NCBI GenBank assembly: GCA_039030515.1
Contig: JBCCEA010000007.1
Coordinates: forward strand, 32,001 to 96,000
From: Myxococcota bacterium
GTDB lineage: Bacteria; Myxococcota_A; Polyangia; Polyangiales; Houyiibacteriaceae
Direction of reading: 5' to 3'
Length of the DNA: 64,000 nucleotides
Numbering within the stretch: the first letter of the stretch is position 1; each line of letters opens with the position of its first letter. The translations under genes and the position numbers were made by a program. The notes beneath the pieces are model-generated. The model was not told where the DNA came from. It searched no databases and saw only the letters and a program-made list of their open reading frames with translations. Positions 40,660 to 50,245 of this stretch are shown here, one piece after another.

Positions 40660-41697
40660 TCAGCGCAGAATACGTGCGATCCATGCGTCCATCTCCTGCC
40701 ATCGCATGTGGAGCCAGCGTTCCAGTTCGGGGCCTACAGGCACGTCCGCCAACGGAAAGGTTCTGAGACGCAGGGTGATGCGGCGCCCAAAAGCAGCTGA
40801 AGTAAGCAGATCACGGGCCCCCGTAAGTCCTTCAAGACCGGTGTGCTCGAAGAGAACGACAGCGGCGGACGGCGCTTGCCGAAGGGTGCTTGTCACGGCC
40901 TCTATACCGCGCGCTCGGGGCACCAGTGTATGCTGCAGCGTTTCCGCGACCGGGAGTCGAGGATCATCACTACGCCTCAGCGCAGCGATGTGGCGGTTTC
41001 GGCGTTCAGGGGTGAAGCGGGTGCCCTCCGGGTACAATACGATCGCGTCCATCTGGGTTACGTCCTGACCCAGTGCCGCGATGCGCTTGGCTTCGAGCTC
41101 CGGGTGTTTGCCGCCCCGGGTTACAAACGCATTGGGAAGACGCTGACCCACCAGATCCAGACAGGGGTCCCAAAGCAAGGCCCGTTTCATCACGTAGCGA
41201 GGTTGGTAGCCGATTCTGCCGAGAAGCACAGCGGGCAGCAATGTGTCGATGATGCTCGCGTGGCGTGAGAGGATCAGCAGAGGTCCTTGCGCAAGCGAGT
41301 CGGGGCCATCGAACTCGAGTTCCCAGCAAAGTAGGTAGCTCAACGTCTTGAACAGAGCGGCAGCCCACCAGCGCTGAAGGCGATAATGGGCGTCTTGATA
41401 GCGGCTGTCGCGCAGCAGCCGCAGCATCCCCAGAAAACCTAAGACAAGCGCTGTTGTGATACCGGCTATTTCGATCCACAAGAATGCGGAGCATAGAAGA
41501 AGCGCGCGCAGACCGCTGGCTCGTCCTGACCGCGCGTCCAAAAACAGCACCAAGGGGAGTGCCGCTGGCCAGAGCACTGTGACGACCAGGGTGGTCGTGA
41601 AGACCACCGAGATCGATGTGATGCGTCGACTCCAGCGCCGCCAAAAAGACTCGTCGCTCCTCCAGCTAAATCGCTCGTCCTCAGGCGGGTAGTTCAC
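40660..41697 (-). CDS. lysophospholipid (1-acyl-sn-glycerol-3-phosphate) acyltransferase family
   Basis: RHASIID (HxxxxD), YPEGTR. Confidence 0.85.
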   Translation of the reverse strand: MNYPPEDERFSWRSDESFWRRWSRRITSISVVFTTTLVVTVLWPAALPLVLFLDARSGRASGLRALLLCSAFLWIEIAGITTALVLGFLGMLRLLRDSRYQDAHYRLQRWWAAALFKTLSYLLCWELEFDGPDSLAQGPLLILSRHASIIDTLLPAVLLGRIGYQPRYVMKRALLWDPCLDLVGQRLPNAFVTRGGKHPELEAKRIAALGQDVTQMDAIVLYPEGTRFTPERRNRHIAALRRSDDPRLPVAETLQHTLVPRARGIEAVTSTLRQAPSAAVVLFEHTGLEGLTGARDLLTSAAFGRRITLRLRTFPLADVPVGPELERWLHMRWQEMDAWIARILR

Positions 41698-41788
41698 GAG
41701 AAATTGGATCGACGATGGTGGATTCCCGGCCCGTCCCTGGAGTGGTCAGTCGTCACCAGGTGACAAGCAAGAGTCCTGTAACTAAGGG

Positions 41789-41818
41789 AAAAACCCGTCA
41801 GGAACGACGGGTTTTTTT
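41789..41818. terminator. bidirectional Rho-independent terminator downstream of tRNA pair
   Basis: aaaaacccgtc-aggaac-gacgggttttttt hairpin with T-tracts on both strands. Confidence 0.85.
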
Positions 41819-41821
41819 CGG

Positions 41822-41897
41822 TGGCGTCCCCAGAGGGGTTTGAACCCTCGTTACCGGCGTGAAAGGCCGGGGTCCTGGGCCACTAGACGATGGGGAC
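41822..41897 (-). tRNA. tRNA-Glu (TTC)
   Basis: revcomp GTCCCCATCGTCTAGTGGCCCAGGACCCCGGCCTTTCACGCCGGTAACGAGGGTTCAAACCCCTCTGGGGACGCCA; cloverleaf with encoded CCA. Confidence 0.95.
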
Positions 41898-41924
41898 TAA
41901 ATTTCAGATTCCGAGTCGGTTGGG

Positions 41925-41997
41925 TGGGCCGTGCAGGGTTCGAACCTGCGACCGTTGGGTTAAAAGCCCACTGCTCTACCAACTGAGCTAACGGCCC
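41925..41997 (-). tRNA. tRNA-Lys (TTT)
   Basis: revcomp GGGCCGTTAGCTCAGTTGGTAGAGCAGTGGGCTTTTAACCCAACGGTCGCAGGTTCGAACCCTGCACGGCCCA. Confidence 0.95.
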
Positions 41998-42016
41998 GGA
42001 ACCGCTTGGAATGCGC

Positions 42017-42045
42017 TTGATAACGCCGCCCTGACTGTCGGTCAA
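42017..42045 (-). promoter_or_regulatory. putative sigma70-type promoter of tRNA operon
   Basis: TTGACC-17 nt-TATCAA on minus strand about 20 nt upstream of tRNA-Lys. Confidence 0.45.
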
Positions 42046-42177
42046 GCGAATGCGATCGATTCTTTTAACCGACCACGAGGGTGGCTTGCGGATCTGCGCC
42101 AAGTTGGCGATCGCACTTGCTGTTCTTGGTACGATTCATGCTTGTGGTTCTCGTGCTGGTGACAATTTAGGTACGTT

Positions 42178-42642
42178 ATGGCGCATTGTGGACATATAGG
42201 CGGATATACAGATTGGATGCTCGTGGCCGAGCGCGGAGCCGTGTGGCAGTCGTCCGAGGCCAGTGAAAGGCTCCCGAAAGAACCCGGGGCCTACTGCGTG
42301 CAGGGAGAGGGCGAGTCCTCAGCGGAGTTTGCATCTCGGGTTCGTCAGCGCCTAGCGTATGTCGACCGTTCACACCCACCCCTTGCCAACTTACTCATCT
42401 TGGGTGGCGAGGATCGCGAGCCGGCTGTTTGGGCCGCTCGAGCGAGTATGATTCAAGCGTTTGTCTCTACCCGGGAGGGGCGCGGTTCGTCAGAGGTGTT
42501 GCTGGCGCCCCATCCAAGCGACAGGCACTCGATGCGGGCCATCGCCAACTCGGTTTGCGAGTCGGTGCGAGGCACGGGCGTTGATGTTCGTGCTCTGGAT
42601 ACTGTGGGCTCGTGGAACACCGCAGCGATGCAGCCTGCTTGA
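42178..42642 (+). CDS. hypothetical protein
   Basis: 154-aa ORF filling the gap between tRNAs and dnaE. Confidence 0.5.
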   Translation: MAHCGHIGGYTDWMLVAERGAVWQSSEASERLPKEPGAYCVQGEGESSAEFASRVRQRLAYVDRSHPPLANLLILGGEDREPAVWAARASMIQAFVSTREGRGSSEVLLAPHPSDRHSMRAIANSVCESVRGTGVDVRALDTVGSWNTAAMQPA

Positions 42643-42653
42643 AAAGCAGACCT

Positions 42654-45600
42654 CTAGCGAAGCTCGCACACCTTTTCTCCGAAGAGCTGCTCAAGCTCAG
42701 AAATCAGCGTGTCGGTCGGCGCTACCTGAAGCGGAATCGCACGCAGTTCCACGCTCCATCGATTCCTGCTCGCGAGACTCATCGAAACCCGGCAGGATCC
42801 CGGATGCTCTGAGAGCATGTGGCGAAGCGACTCCAGCTTCTCTGTCGAGATGCGCTCGATGTCCATGCGCAGATGAATCTGCCTGACCTTTTCCTGGATC
42901 GCGTCGGAAAGCAGCTGAGCACCGGTAAGGATCAGTTTGGTTTCTTGAGGAGCATCCGAGTCTGCGTTGCGGTCGCGCTCGTGCCTTACTGTGCCCGAAA
43001 CAACTACGGGTTGACTGGAGTTGAGTACGCGCCAGTTGTCCGGATTCCCTAACGCTTTAGAGAACACCTTCACTTCTACTCGATCCTGAGCGTCTTCCAG
43101 AAAGAAGAACGCCATTTTTCCCATCTTTGTGTTGCGTTCACGAAATCCTTCGACAAGGCCCCCGACGGTCAGCCTGGTGCCCTCGCTTTGATGCCGAAGA
43201 TTGTCGATCGTGCTCTCACAAAATCGACTGAGCTCAGCCGTATATCGATCCAAAGGGTGACCTGAAACGTAAAATCCGAGTGTTGATTTTTCTCGGGCAA
43301 GTTGATCGCGACTGTCCCAGTTTGCCATCGACGGAAAGCGAAGCCCTGTGTGAGAACGGCTGTTTTCCGCTGGAGCGGGTTCGAGTAGACCGAAGAGATT
43401 GGTTTGACCACTCGAACGCTCGTTGCTGATCTTTTTCCCGCGCTCGATAGCAGCTTCAATAGCGGCGAAGGCTTGCGCTCGGGTCACCTCTAGCGGTTCA
43501 TGAACTGAATCGAAGGCGCCGGACTGAACCAGAGCTTCTACTACGCCTTTGTTCACGCGGCGAAGATCTACGCGTGCACAGAACTCGAAGAGGTCGGAGA
43601 AGGGTTGTTTGTTCCCTTCGTAGGTACGAGCCTCAAACACCGCTTCGAGCGCAGCTTCCCCCACACCCTTAAGTGCGCCCAGTCCAAAGCGGATTTTGGG
43701 TGATCGAGGGTCTCTTAGTTTGCCTTTGAGACAAACTGGCTGTGTCGCCCGTTTACGTGGTTCCCCGTCGAGTGAATCTGAGTAGACGACAGAAAAATTG
43801 ATCTCAGATTCATTCACATCAGGTGGAAGTACAGTGATCCCCATCGAACGTGCTTCCGCAACGGTGCGGACTACTTTTTCGCTCTTGTCTCTGTCGGCAG
43901 TGAGCGTTGCACATTGGAATTCGACCGGATAGTGTGTCTTGAGATAGGCTGTTTGATAGGTAATCAGTGCGTATGCAGCAGAGTGCGATTTGTTAAAACC
44001 GTAGCCTGCGAAATAGGCCATCAAATCGAATACGTGTACGGCGTCTGCTTCCGAGTGACCGTTTTTTAGCGCGCCCTCTACGAAGATGGCTTTCTGTTTG
44101 GCCATCTCCTCGGCTTTTTTCTTTCCCATCGCGCGACGCAGAAGATCTGCGCCCCCAAGGGTGTAGCCGGCCATGTCCCGCGCGATCTGCATCACTTGCT
44201 CCTGGTACACGATCACGCCTCGGGTGGGCTCCAGGATGTGTTCGATGGAGGGGTGGGGATACTCTACTTTTTGCCTGCCATGACGTCGCTCGACAAAGTC
44301 TTTGTCCATTCCGGCGCCCATGGGGCCAGGTCTGTAGAGTGCGACTGCTGCGACGATATCTTCGAAACAGTCTGGCTTAAGCTGTTTGAAAAGGCTCTGC
44401 ATACCACTTGATTCCAACTGGAATACATTTGTGGTTTCCCCAGACTGCAAGAGGGCGAACGTCGCCGGGTCATCGGTCGGTAGCGTGTCCAGCTCGAATG
44501 GATCTCCGTCGCGACCGGGACGACGCCGAATCAACTCGACAGCGATGTCCAGAACCGTGAGGGTCTTTAGGCCGAGAAAGTCAAACTTAACCAGGCCTGC
44601 AGATTCGACGTCGTCCTTGTGGAACTGCGTCACATAGGTGCCTGCCTCTGGGCAGAAGACGGGGACATGATCCCAGATGGGGCCTTCGCTGATGACCACT
44701 CCGGCTGCATGCATACCTGCATGGCGAGTGACATTTTCTAAGGCTTGCGCGGTATCGATGAGCTCCTTGACCGCGTGGTCCTCATCGTAAACCGCCCGAA
44801 GTCGCTGTTCCTGCGCTAGGGCTTTTTCTATCGGGACGCTTTTGCCCTGTATCGGTTCAGGAATCATGGTCGCAATACGTCCTGCGTCTCCGGGGCTCAT
44901 CCCCATGACCCGACCGACATCGCGTACCACACTGCGACTCTTAAGCTGATGGAAGGTCGCTATCTGACCGACGGACTGGTGTCCGTATGTCTCTCGTACG
45001 TAGTCGATGACAAGATCTCGCTTTTCCATACAAAAGTCGACGTCGAAGTCGGGCATCGATACCCGCTCCGGGTTGAGGAACCGTTCGAAGAGCAGACCGT
45101 GCGGAATTGGATCGAGGTTGGTGATGCGAAGTGCCCAAGCCACGAGAGAGCCAGCTCCGGAGCCTCGCCCTGGACCGACCGGAACTCCATTGTGTTTGCC
45201 CCAGTTGATGAAGTCCTGGACGATCAGAAAATACCCGGGAAAGCCCATATTCGCGATGACGCGGAGCTCGAGCTCCAGTCGCTCGAAGTAGGCCTTGGGT
45301 TCAAAACGGAAGTCGATCCGGCGAAGTTCCTCAAAACGCGTTTCAAGGCCGGCTCGAGCAATCTGGCTGAGGTACTGTGCTTCAGTGAGGCCTTGAGGGA
45401 CGGGAAAACGCGGCAGTTTCGGCTTACTGAAAGGAGAGACCTGACCGGCACAGCGCTCGGCGATTTGAAGTGTCGCTTGGATCGACTCTGGAACATGCCG
45501 AAAGAGATGTGTCATTTCTCCGGCCGATTTGAGGTGCATCTCCGATGACCCGTGGTGGATGGCCTGAACCTCTGCGAGCCTTTGGCCGCTCCCGATGCAC

Positions 45601-46262
45601 TGAAGCACGACCTGGGCGTGGGACTGCTCTTTGGCGACGAAATGACAGTCGTTAGTGGCGACGATGGGAAGCTCAAGTTCCCGGGCCAGCTCCACGAGAA
45701 CTTGGTTGAGCGGTCCGTTTTCTGGGAAGCCGTGGTCTTGGAGTTCGATGAAGAAAGAACCCTTTTCAAAAGCACCGGCAAGCTGGGCCATCGCTTCTCG
45801 TCCAGCTCCCGTGCCTCGCATGAGTATCGTTTGTGCGAGCCATCCACCCATGCATGCAGAGAGCCCGATGAGACCCTCGCTGTGCCGCCTGAGGAGCTCG
45901 AAGTCGATACGAGGAACACCAGCGTGTAGCCCTTCAACCCAGCCAAGGCTCACGAGTCGCACCAGGTTTTGATAGCCTTGCTGGTTCTCGGCGAGCAGGA
46001 GCACGTGGTGTACATCCCTTGCGCTGGGGTCTTTTCTATCGCCGGCGGTGATGTTGAGTTCCGCGCCGACGATAGGCTTCACATCGCTACCGCTTAGCAG
46101 TTGATGAAACTGCACGGTGCCGAACATGTTGTTCGTATCGGTGAGGGCACAGGCACGCATGCCCAACTCCTGGATCCGGGTTGCCAGAGGTTTGAGCCTG
46201 CTCGCGGCCTCGAGTAGGGAGTACTCAGAATGAACGTGTAGGTGTACGAACTCGTTCGCCAT
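42654..46262 (-). CDS. dnaE: DNA polymerase III alpha subunit
   Basis: FVHLHVHSEYSLL PHP domain, GPGRGSGAGS, MPDFDVDF, KFDFLGL, YGFNKSH, OB fold. Confidence 0.98.
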   Translation of the reverse strand: MANEFVHLHVHSEYSLLEAASRLKPLATRIQELGMRACALTDTNNMFGTVQFHQLLSGSDVKPIVGAELNITAGDRKDPSARDVHHVLLLAENQQGYQNLVRLVSLGWVEGLHAGVPRIDFELLRRHSEGLIGLSACMGGWLAQTILMRGTGAGREAMAQLAGAFEKGSFFIELQDHGFPENGPLNQVLVELARELELPIVATNDCHFVAKEQSHAQVVLQCIGSGQRLAEVQAIHHGSSEMHLKSAGEMTHLFRHVPESIQATLQIAERCAGQVSPFSKPKLPRFPVPQGLTEAQYLSQIARAGLETRFEELRRIDFRFEPKAYFERLELELRVIANMGFPGYFLIVQDFINWGKHNGVPVGPGRGSGAGSLVAWALRITNLDPIPHGLLFERFLNPERVSMPDFDVDFCMEKRDLVIDYVRETYGHQSVGQIATFHQLKSRSVVRDVGRVMGMSPGDAGRIATMIPEPIQGKSVPIEKALAQEQRLRAVYDEDHAVKELIDTAQALENVTRHAGMHAAGVVISEGPIWDHVPVFCPEAGTYVTQFHKDDVESAGLVKFDFLGLKTLTVLDIAVELIRRRPGRDGDPFELDTLPTDDPATFALLQSGETTNVFQLESSGMQSLFKQLKPDCFEDIVAAVALYRPGPMGAGMDKDFVERRHGRQKVEYPHPSIEHILEPTRGVIVYQEQVMQIARDMAGYTLGGADLLRRAMGKKKAEEMAKQKAIFVEGALKNGHSEADAVHVFDLMAYFAGYGFNKSHSAAYALITYQTAYLKTHYPVEFQCATLTADRDKSEKVVRTVAEARSMGITVLPPDVNESEINFSVVYSDSLDGEPRKRATQPVCLKGKLRDPRSPKIRFGLGALKGVGEAALEAVFEARTYEGNKQPFSDLFEFCARVDLRRVNKGVVEALVQSGAFDSVHEPLEVTRAQAFAAIEAAIERGKKISNERSSGQTNLFGLLEPAPAENSRSHTGLRFPSMANWDSRDQLAREKSTLGFYVSGHPLDRYTAELSRFCESTIDNLRHQSEGTRLTVGGLVEGFRERNTKMGKMAFFFLEDAQDRVEVKVFSKALGNPDNWRVLNSSQPVVVSGTVRHERDRNADSDAPQETKLILTGAQLLSDAIQEKVRQIHLRMDIERISTEKLESLRHMLSEHPGSCRVSMSLASRNRWSVELRAIPLQVAPTDTLISELEQLFGEKVCELR

Positions 46263-46513
46263 GGCGCGAAGACCATAGCAGTCTCAGCAAGAGGAACGCA
46301 GCTTCAAGACGATTCCATCCGCGTGCAGCCACATCGTTTGAATAGTGAGTGAGGAGTTCAGCCGCGTAGCCGCTGCTGTCTGCGCAGTAGATCGCTCGCG
46401 AGGGCGCGGATCGCTCAGGATTCGGCGTCAAGTTCCGGCATTCCGTTGCACGTTCCCCGTCCATCGTGCTACGAGCCTGCGCTTGAGGCGGCAGAGCGCT
46501 GTCCGGAGCAGAT

Positions 46514-46867
46514 ATGAAGAAGTCACCGATTCAGGTCACCAAGGAGCGTTTTGGTGGCAAAGCCGAACTAGTAAAGTCCATCAAAGAACTAGCCACTGAA
46601 GATCTGTGGATCGATCGGGTGAACGGGGACAAGGGCCTAGAGCGCGTATCCAATCGAAAGCTCCAGCACCTTCACGATGTACTTACCAAGGTCAAGGCGC
46701 AGTTTGGCACCCGAACAGGGCTTGTCGACGCCATCGTTGCCTTAGAACAACGTACCAAAGACTCCGACTACCGACAGAGATTCCTTGAGTGGTCCACTCC
46801 CAAACTCTGGGACTACTTCTGCTCGAAGCAAAAGACCTCAAAACAGTCCGCCGCCAAAGCGTCCTAG
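46514..46867 (+). CDS. small basic hypothetical protein
   Basis: 117-aa Lys-rich ORF, RBS-like ggag upstream. Confidence 0.65.
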   Translation: MKKSPIQVTKERFGGKAELVKSIKELATEDLWIDRVNGDKGLERVSNRKLQHLHDVLTKVKAQFGTRTGLVDAIVALEQRTKDSDYRQRFLEWSTPKLWDYFCSKQKTSKQSAAKAS

Positions 46868-46967
46868 ACCCTGCAGGACTGAGCGTCTGGGGGACCGATC
46901 GCGCCCCACTGCACTCCTCAAGACTTTGTTGCACACAGGCAAGGGCTGCACACCCTTAGTGCAGGTT

Positions 46968-48068
46968 TCACTGGGTCGTTTCGAGTCCAGAGATCCACAA
47001 AAAGAGGTTTGTGCGTCCGTCGGCATCGACGATTTCTGAGCCGAGAGGAGGCATCTGATCCTCTCCGCGGATCCCGGTCCGTAAGTACAGCGTACTGATA
47101 TCGGGTCTCCTCGGCACAATGCGTTGGTTCGCCTCGATGCTGCCGTCTACGAGGGTTCGCCATTCGCTGTCGACCTCGATGGCGGTGAGATAGGCTGGCG
47201 CTTGCTGCTCCGTAGCCAAGCCGACCGGTACCCAAAGCCGTAGACCCTCTGGAGCGCTTTCGTCCGCGCTGTGGCAGTGCCCACAGTTGGCGTGCAAATA
47301 GCCCAGAGCTTGTTGCGTATGTTCCATGCCTGGAATCGCGGCAAGTTCAGTAGGTATGTCGTGTGAGAGCATTCCGAGATCACGAAGGTCCTGCAGCGTC
47401 GTTTCGCTTCGGTCGTGATTCAACTGAACCGCTCCAAACCCGAGCACCATATCCCTTGGCCCGTATTCGGAGTGACACTCAACGCACTGAGCGAGTGACG
47501 GGATGTCGTGGGGTGTACCGAGGGCGTTCTCCTCACCGCCGAAAGGAACTTCGTTTGCTTCAGACGGGCCGTCCCAACGATAGGTCCGAAAGTCCCAGTG
47601 ATTGACCCCAGTGCCCGAAGTTGTTTTCTCGAAATAGCGTGTCTCGACTCGGGCGCCTTGATAGGAGAAGGTTTTCCAAATCCGGGTGCCGACCGGAAAG
47701 ACCCAATGATCTGCTTCTCTAGTATCGATTTGTGAGCCCTCGGGAAAAGAAATGAACCGCTCTTTTCCGGTACCGTCACTCCAAAGCCAGAAACGCGGGC
47801 TGTAGGCCAGAATCGACGGATTGAGGACGGAGCAGTCGGCGTCGATATACAGGTCTGGAGGACCGTTACAGAAGTCGCCCGCGGCATCCTCGGACGACGA
47901 ATCCACATTGGGTTCCTGCGCATCGGCCACGTCCGCATCGAAGGTTGTGACCGCTCCATCTGCGGATATTTCGCGGCTAGGGCCCGTCGAATCCGAGCAG
48001 GAACTCGCGAGCACAACCCAGACAACGACGAATCGACGTCTCCCCACGCTCTCTAGGAATAAGGTCAT
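46968..48068 (-). CDS. di-heme c-type cytochrome lipoprotein (SO2930-like)
   Basis: LWSDG..KER, FPVGT..WKTF..VETR, CVECH, YLHANCGHCH, QMPPLG; lipobox-like LASS-C. Confidence 0.8.
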   Translation of the reverse strand: MTLFLESVGRRRFVVVWVVLASSCSDSTGPSREISADGAVTTFDADVADAQEPNVDSSSEDAAGDFCNGPPDLYIDADCSVLNPSILAYSPRFWLWSDGTGKERFISFPEGSQIDTREADHWVFPVGTRIWKTFSYQGARVETRYFEKTTSGTGVNHWDFRTYRWDGPSEANEVPFGGEENALGTPHDIPSLAQCVECHSEYGPRDMVLGFGAVQLNHDRSETTLQDLRDLGMLSHDIPTELAAIPGMEHTQQALGYLHANCGHCHSADESAPEGLRLWVPVGLATEQQAPAYLTAIEVDSEWRTLVDGSIEANQRIVPRRPDISTLYLRTGIRGEDQMPPLGSEIVDADGRTNLFLWISGLETTQ

Positions 48069-48167
48069 TTACCGTGCTCGTCCACTGTTGAATCGTGTAC
48101 TCTGAGAGAAAAGAACCGTTCACACTGTATACAGGTGTTGGGTTCCTTTGCTTCTTGGGACGGGGAA

Positions 48168-49058
48168 ATGAAGTCGATCTCAGTAGTTACGCTGTCGGTC
48201 GCTGCGGTACTGCCTTGGCAGTCCGCACGGGCACAGGAGGAACAGCCACGAACCCCGAGCGCGGCCGAGCAAACCCCCGCCGCCGAGGGTGCGGGACAAG
48301 GCCCGATCACCGTCGATCATCGGCAACACGACTCGCGATATGATTCTCAACTCGATCAGGCCGCTCGACTGACGTTTCTCGCGGGACGGGAAGCTTTTGT
48401 TCAGGGTGATTACGCTACGGCGCTGGATCGATTTCGCCAGGCATACGACCTCAGCCCGCGTCCTATGCTTCTTTTGAATATCGCCTCCTGTTTGGATCGG
48501 CTCCGTCGAGACGAAGAGACGGTCGCTGCGCTCCGTCAGTATCTAGCGTCCGAAGATGCGCAGCATGCGCCCAACCTGGCTGAGGTACAGGCGCGTATCG
48601 AGGTGCTGGAAGAGGCCATTGCTGCGCGCCGACGCGAAGAAGCGATGAATGAGGAGCTGTCTTTGGCCGCCGCTGTTGTGCCGCTGCCCGAGCAGGAGCC
48701 AGAGCAGGGCGGACTGAACCCGATAGTGTTCTATTCGGTTGCGGGTGCGGCGCTTGCATCAGGAGCCGTCTTGATTTGGTCGGGAATCGATGCGTCTAGC
48801 CGCAACGACGACTACGAGTCGTATGCTGCAGACCTGAGTAATACCGACAGTGCCCGTGCACGTTCTCTATATAACGACGTTGAGGATGCCGAGCGGCGCA
48901 CCAATATTTTAATAGGCGTCACCGCGGGACTCGGCGTGGCCGCTGGAGCGCTCGCTTTCTTTACTCGATGGGGCTCCCGCGAAACTCGTCCGGATACGGA
49001 TGCCGCCGTGGCGGTGACTGCCGAAGGGTTCGTCATTCGAGCAGGTCGCCGTTTTTAG
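48168..49058 (+). CDS. exported TPR protein with hydrophobic C-terminal region (myxobacterial TPR/PEGA-associated type)
   Basis: signal peptide ending ARA-Q; GDYATALDRFRQAYDLSPRPMLLLNIASCLDRL; C-terminal Gly/Ala-rich helices and terminal F. Confidence 0.75.
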   Translation: MKSISVVTLSVAAVLPWQSARAQEEQPRTPSAAEQTPAAEGAGQGPITVDHRQHDSRYDSQLDQAARLTFLAGREAFVQGDYATALDRFRQAYDLSPRPMLLLNIASCLDRLRRDEETVAALRQYLASEDAQHAPNLAEVQARIEVLEEAIAARRREEAMNEELSLAAAVVPLPEQEPEQGGLNPIVFYSVAGAALASGAVLIWSGIDASSRNDDYESYAADLSNTDSARARSLYNDVEDAERRTNILIGVTAGLGVAAGALAFFTRWGSRETRPDTDAAVAVTAEGFVIRAGRRF

Positions 49059-49067
49059 CCGGAAGGG

Positions 49068-50225
49068 ATGAACATGCTGATGAACAATGTGCGACATCGA
49101 CCTCCGGCGTATGCTCTGCTGCTTCTTTGTGCCGGATGTAGTCTCGCCAACGAGAGTTTGCTGGAGCGTTTCGAGGGAAGCTCAATCGATGCGGGGCCTG
49201 AGGACGCGCAACCGGTAACGAGCCAGGACTCCGGCGCCGCGGATGCGTCAGAAGGAGACGCGTCCGGATTCGATGCTGGACCTGCTCCAGCGGACCGTTG
49301 CGAAGACAACGGGGACACCTTGGTTCTCACCGACACCACTGAGGATCTGGTGATCGACACCCGCAACAATGTGAGCACGATATCGAGTCTCCCATCCTGC
49401 GGTCTGCAGGTGCCGGGTAGCGATGCGTTCGTTGCTGTCGACGTAGAGCCGGGCACCTACTGGCATTTTCATTTGCAAACCGATCCCACAGCCGCCAGCG
49501 ATAGCCGAGAGCGAGACCCAACGCTTTATCTATTGCGTGACGGGTGCAATGTGACTCAATGTCAGGCAGCGACAGTTGCGGACTATTGCGGCTCTACCAG
49601 CGACGAGGAGCACTTCGGCTTCGAGTTCCCACAGGCTGGAAGATGGTTTATCGGCATCGATGATCGCATCAGCGGAGGTGGGGTTTACCTCCTCGACGCG
49701 GTGCGCCCGGTCTGCGGTGACGGTCGTGTCGATCATGGAGAGGCCTGCGACGATGCGGTCGAAGATGGACCTGCATGTGAATCGTGTCGTCTGGTTCTCA
49801 ATGAGGACGACCGGTTTGCGACGGGCTTCAACTTTAATCTGCAGGAAGCGCACCTGGTGGAGCCATCGGCAATCGATGGGACGCCCAGCGTTGGTTTGAC
49901 CATCGGTGGACTGCTCGGTGGTTTGGCCGATTGTTCCTACCCGGCCTACTACGCGATTGCGGTAGAAGACGGGCGACCGAACCTTCGAGTCGAGTATCTG
50001 ATGCAGGGCGTCGACGCATGCGATGCAGATGGTGAGGCTCAGGACGTGACCATGGTTCTCGAAACTCTGGGTGGCGGGCAGCCGGACGCGAACATCACCT
50101 CAGGGGCTTGCCCAACGGTCCAAGCGCGATTGAGCGAAGGCTTATACTTCATAAGCATTGTCGATGATCGCGAGGATCGGAGTCGTGTTGTTCGCTACGA
50201 AGTCCGTTTCACCCTGAGTCCCTGA
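49068..50225 (+). CDS. Cys-rich lipoprotein with PPC-like beta domains and one myxobacterial disulfide (DUF4215-like) repeat
   Basis: lipobox LCAG-C; DPTLYLL, GRWFIGID; CGDGRVDHGEACDD. Confidence 0.7.
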   Translation: MNMLMNNVRHRPPAYALLLLCAGCSLANESLLERFEGSSIDAGPEDAQPVTSQDSGAADASEGDASGFDAGPAPADRCEDNGDTLVLTDTTEDLVIDTRNNVSTISSLPSCGLQVPGSDAFVAVDVEPGTYWHFHLQTDPTAASDSRERDPTLYLLRDGCNVTQCQAATVADYCGSTSDEEHFGFEFPQAGRWFIGIDDRISGGGVYLLDAVRPVCGDGRVDHGEACDDAVEDGPACESCRLVLNEDDRFATGFNFNLQEAHLVEPSAIDGTPSVGLTIGGLLGGLADCSYPAYYAIAVEDGRPNLRVEYLMQGVDACDADGEAQDVTMVLETLGGGQPDANITSGACPTVQARLSEGLYFISIVDDREDRSRVVRYEVRFTLSP

Positions 50226-50245
50226 CGGGCAGAGAGACCATCGCC

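Noticed and set aside
41822..41897. tRNA-Glu as integration site of an island
   Set aside because: No integrase or transposase, and I saw no duplicate of the tRNA 3' end; a terminator follows directly
42654..46262. Intein or split in dnaE
   Set aside because: Length is normal (1202 aa); there is only a short insertion near residue 830 and no intein motifs
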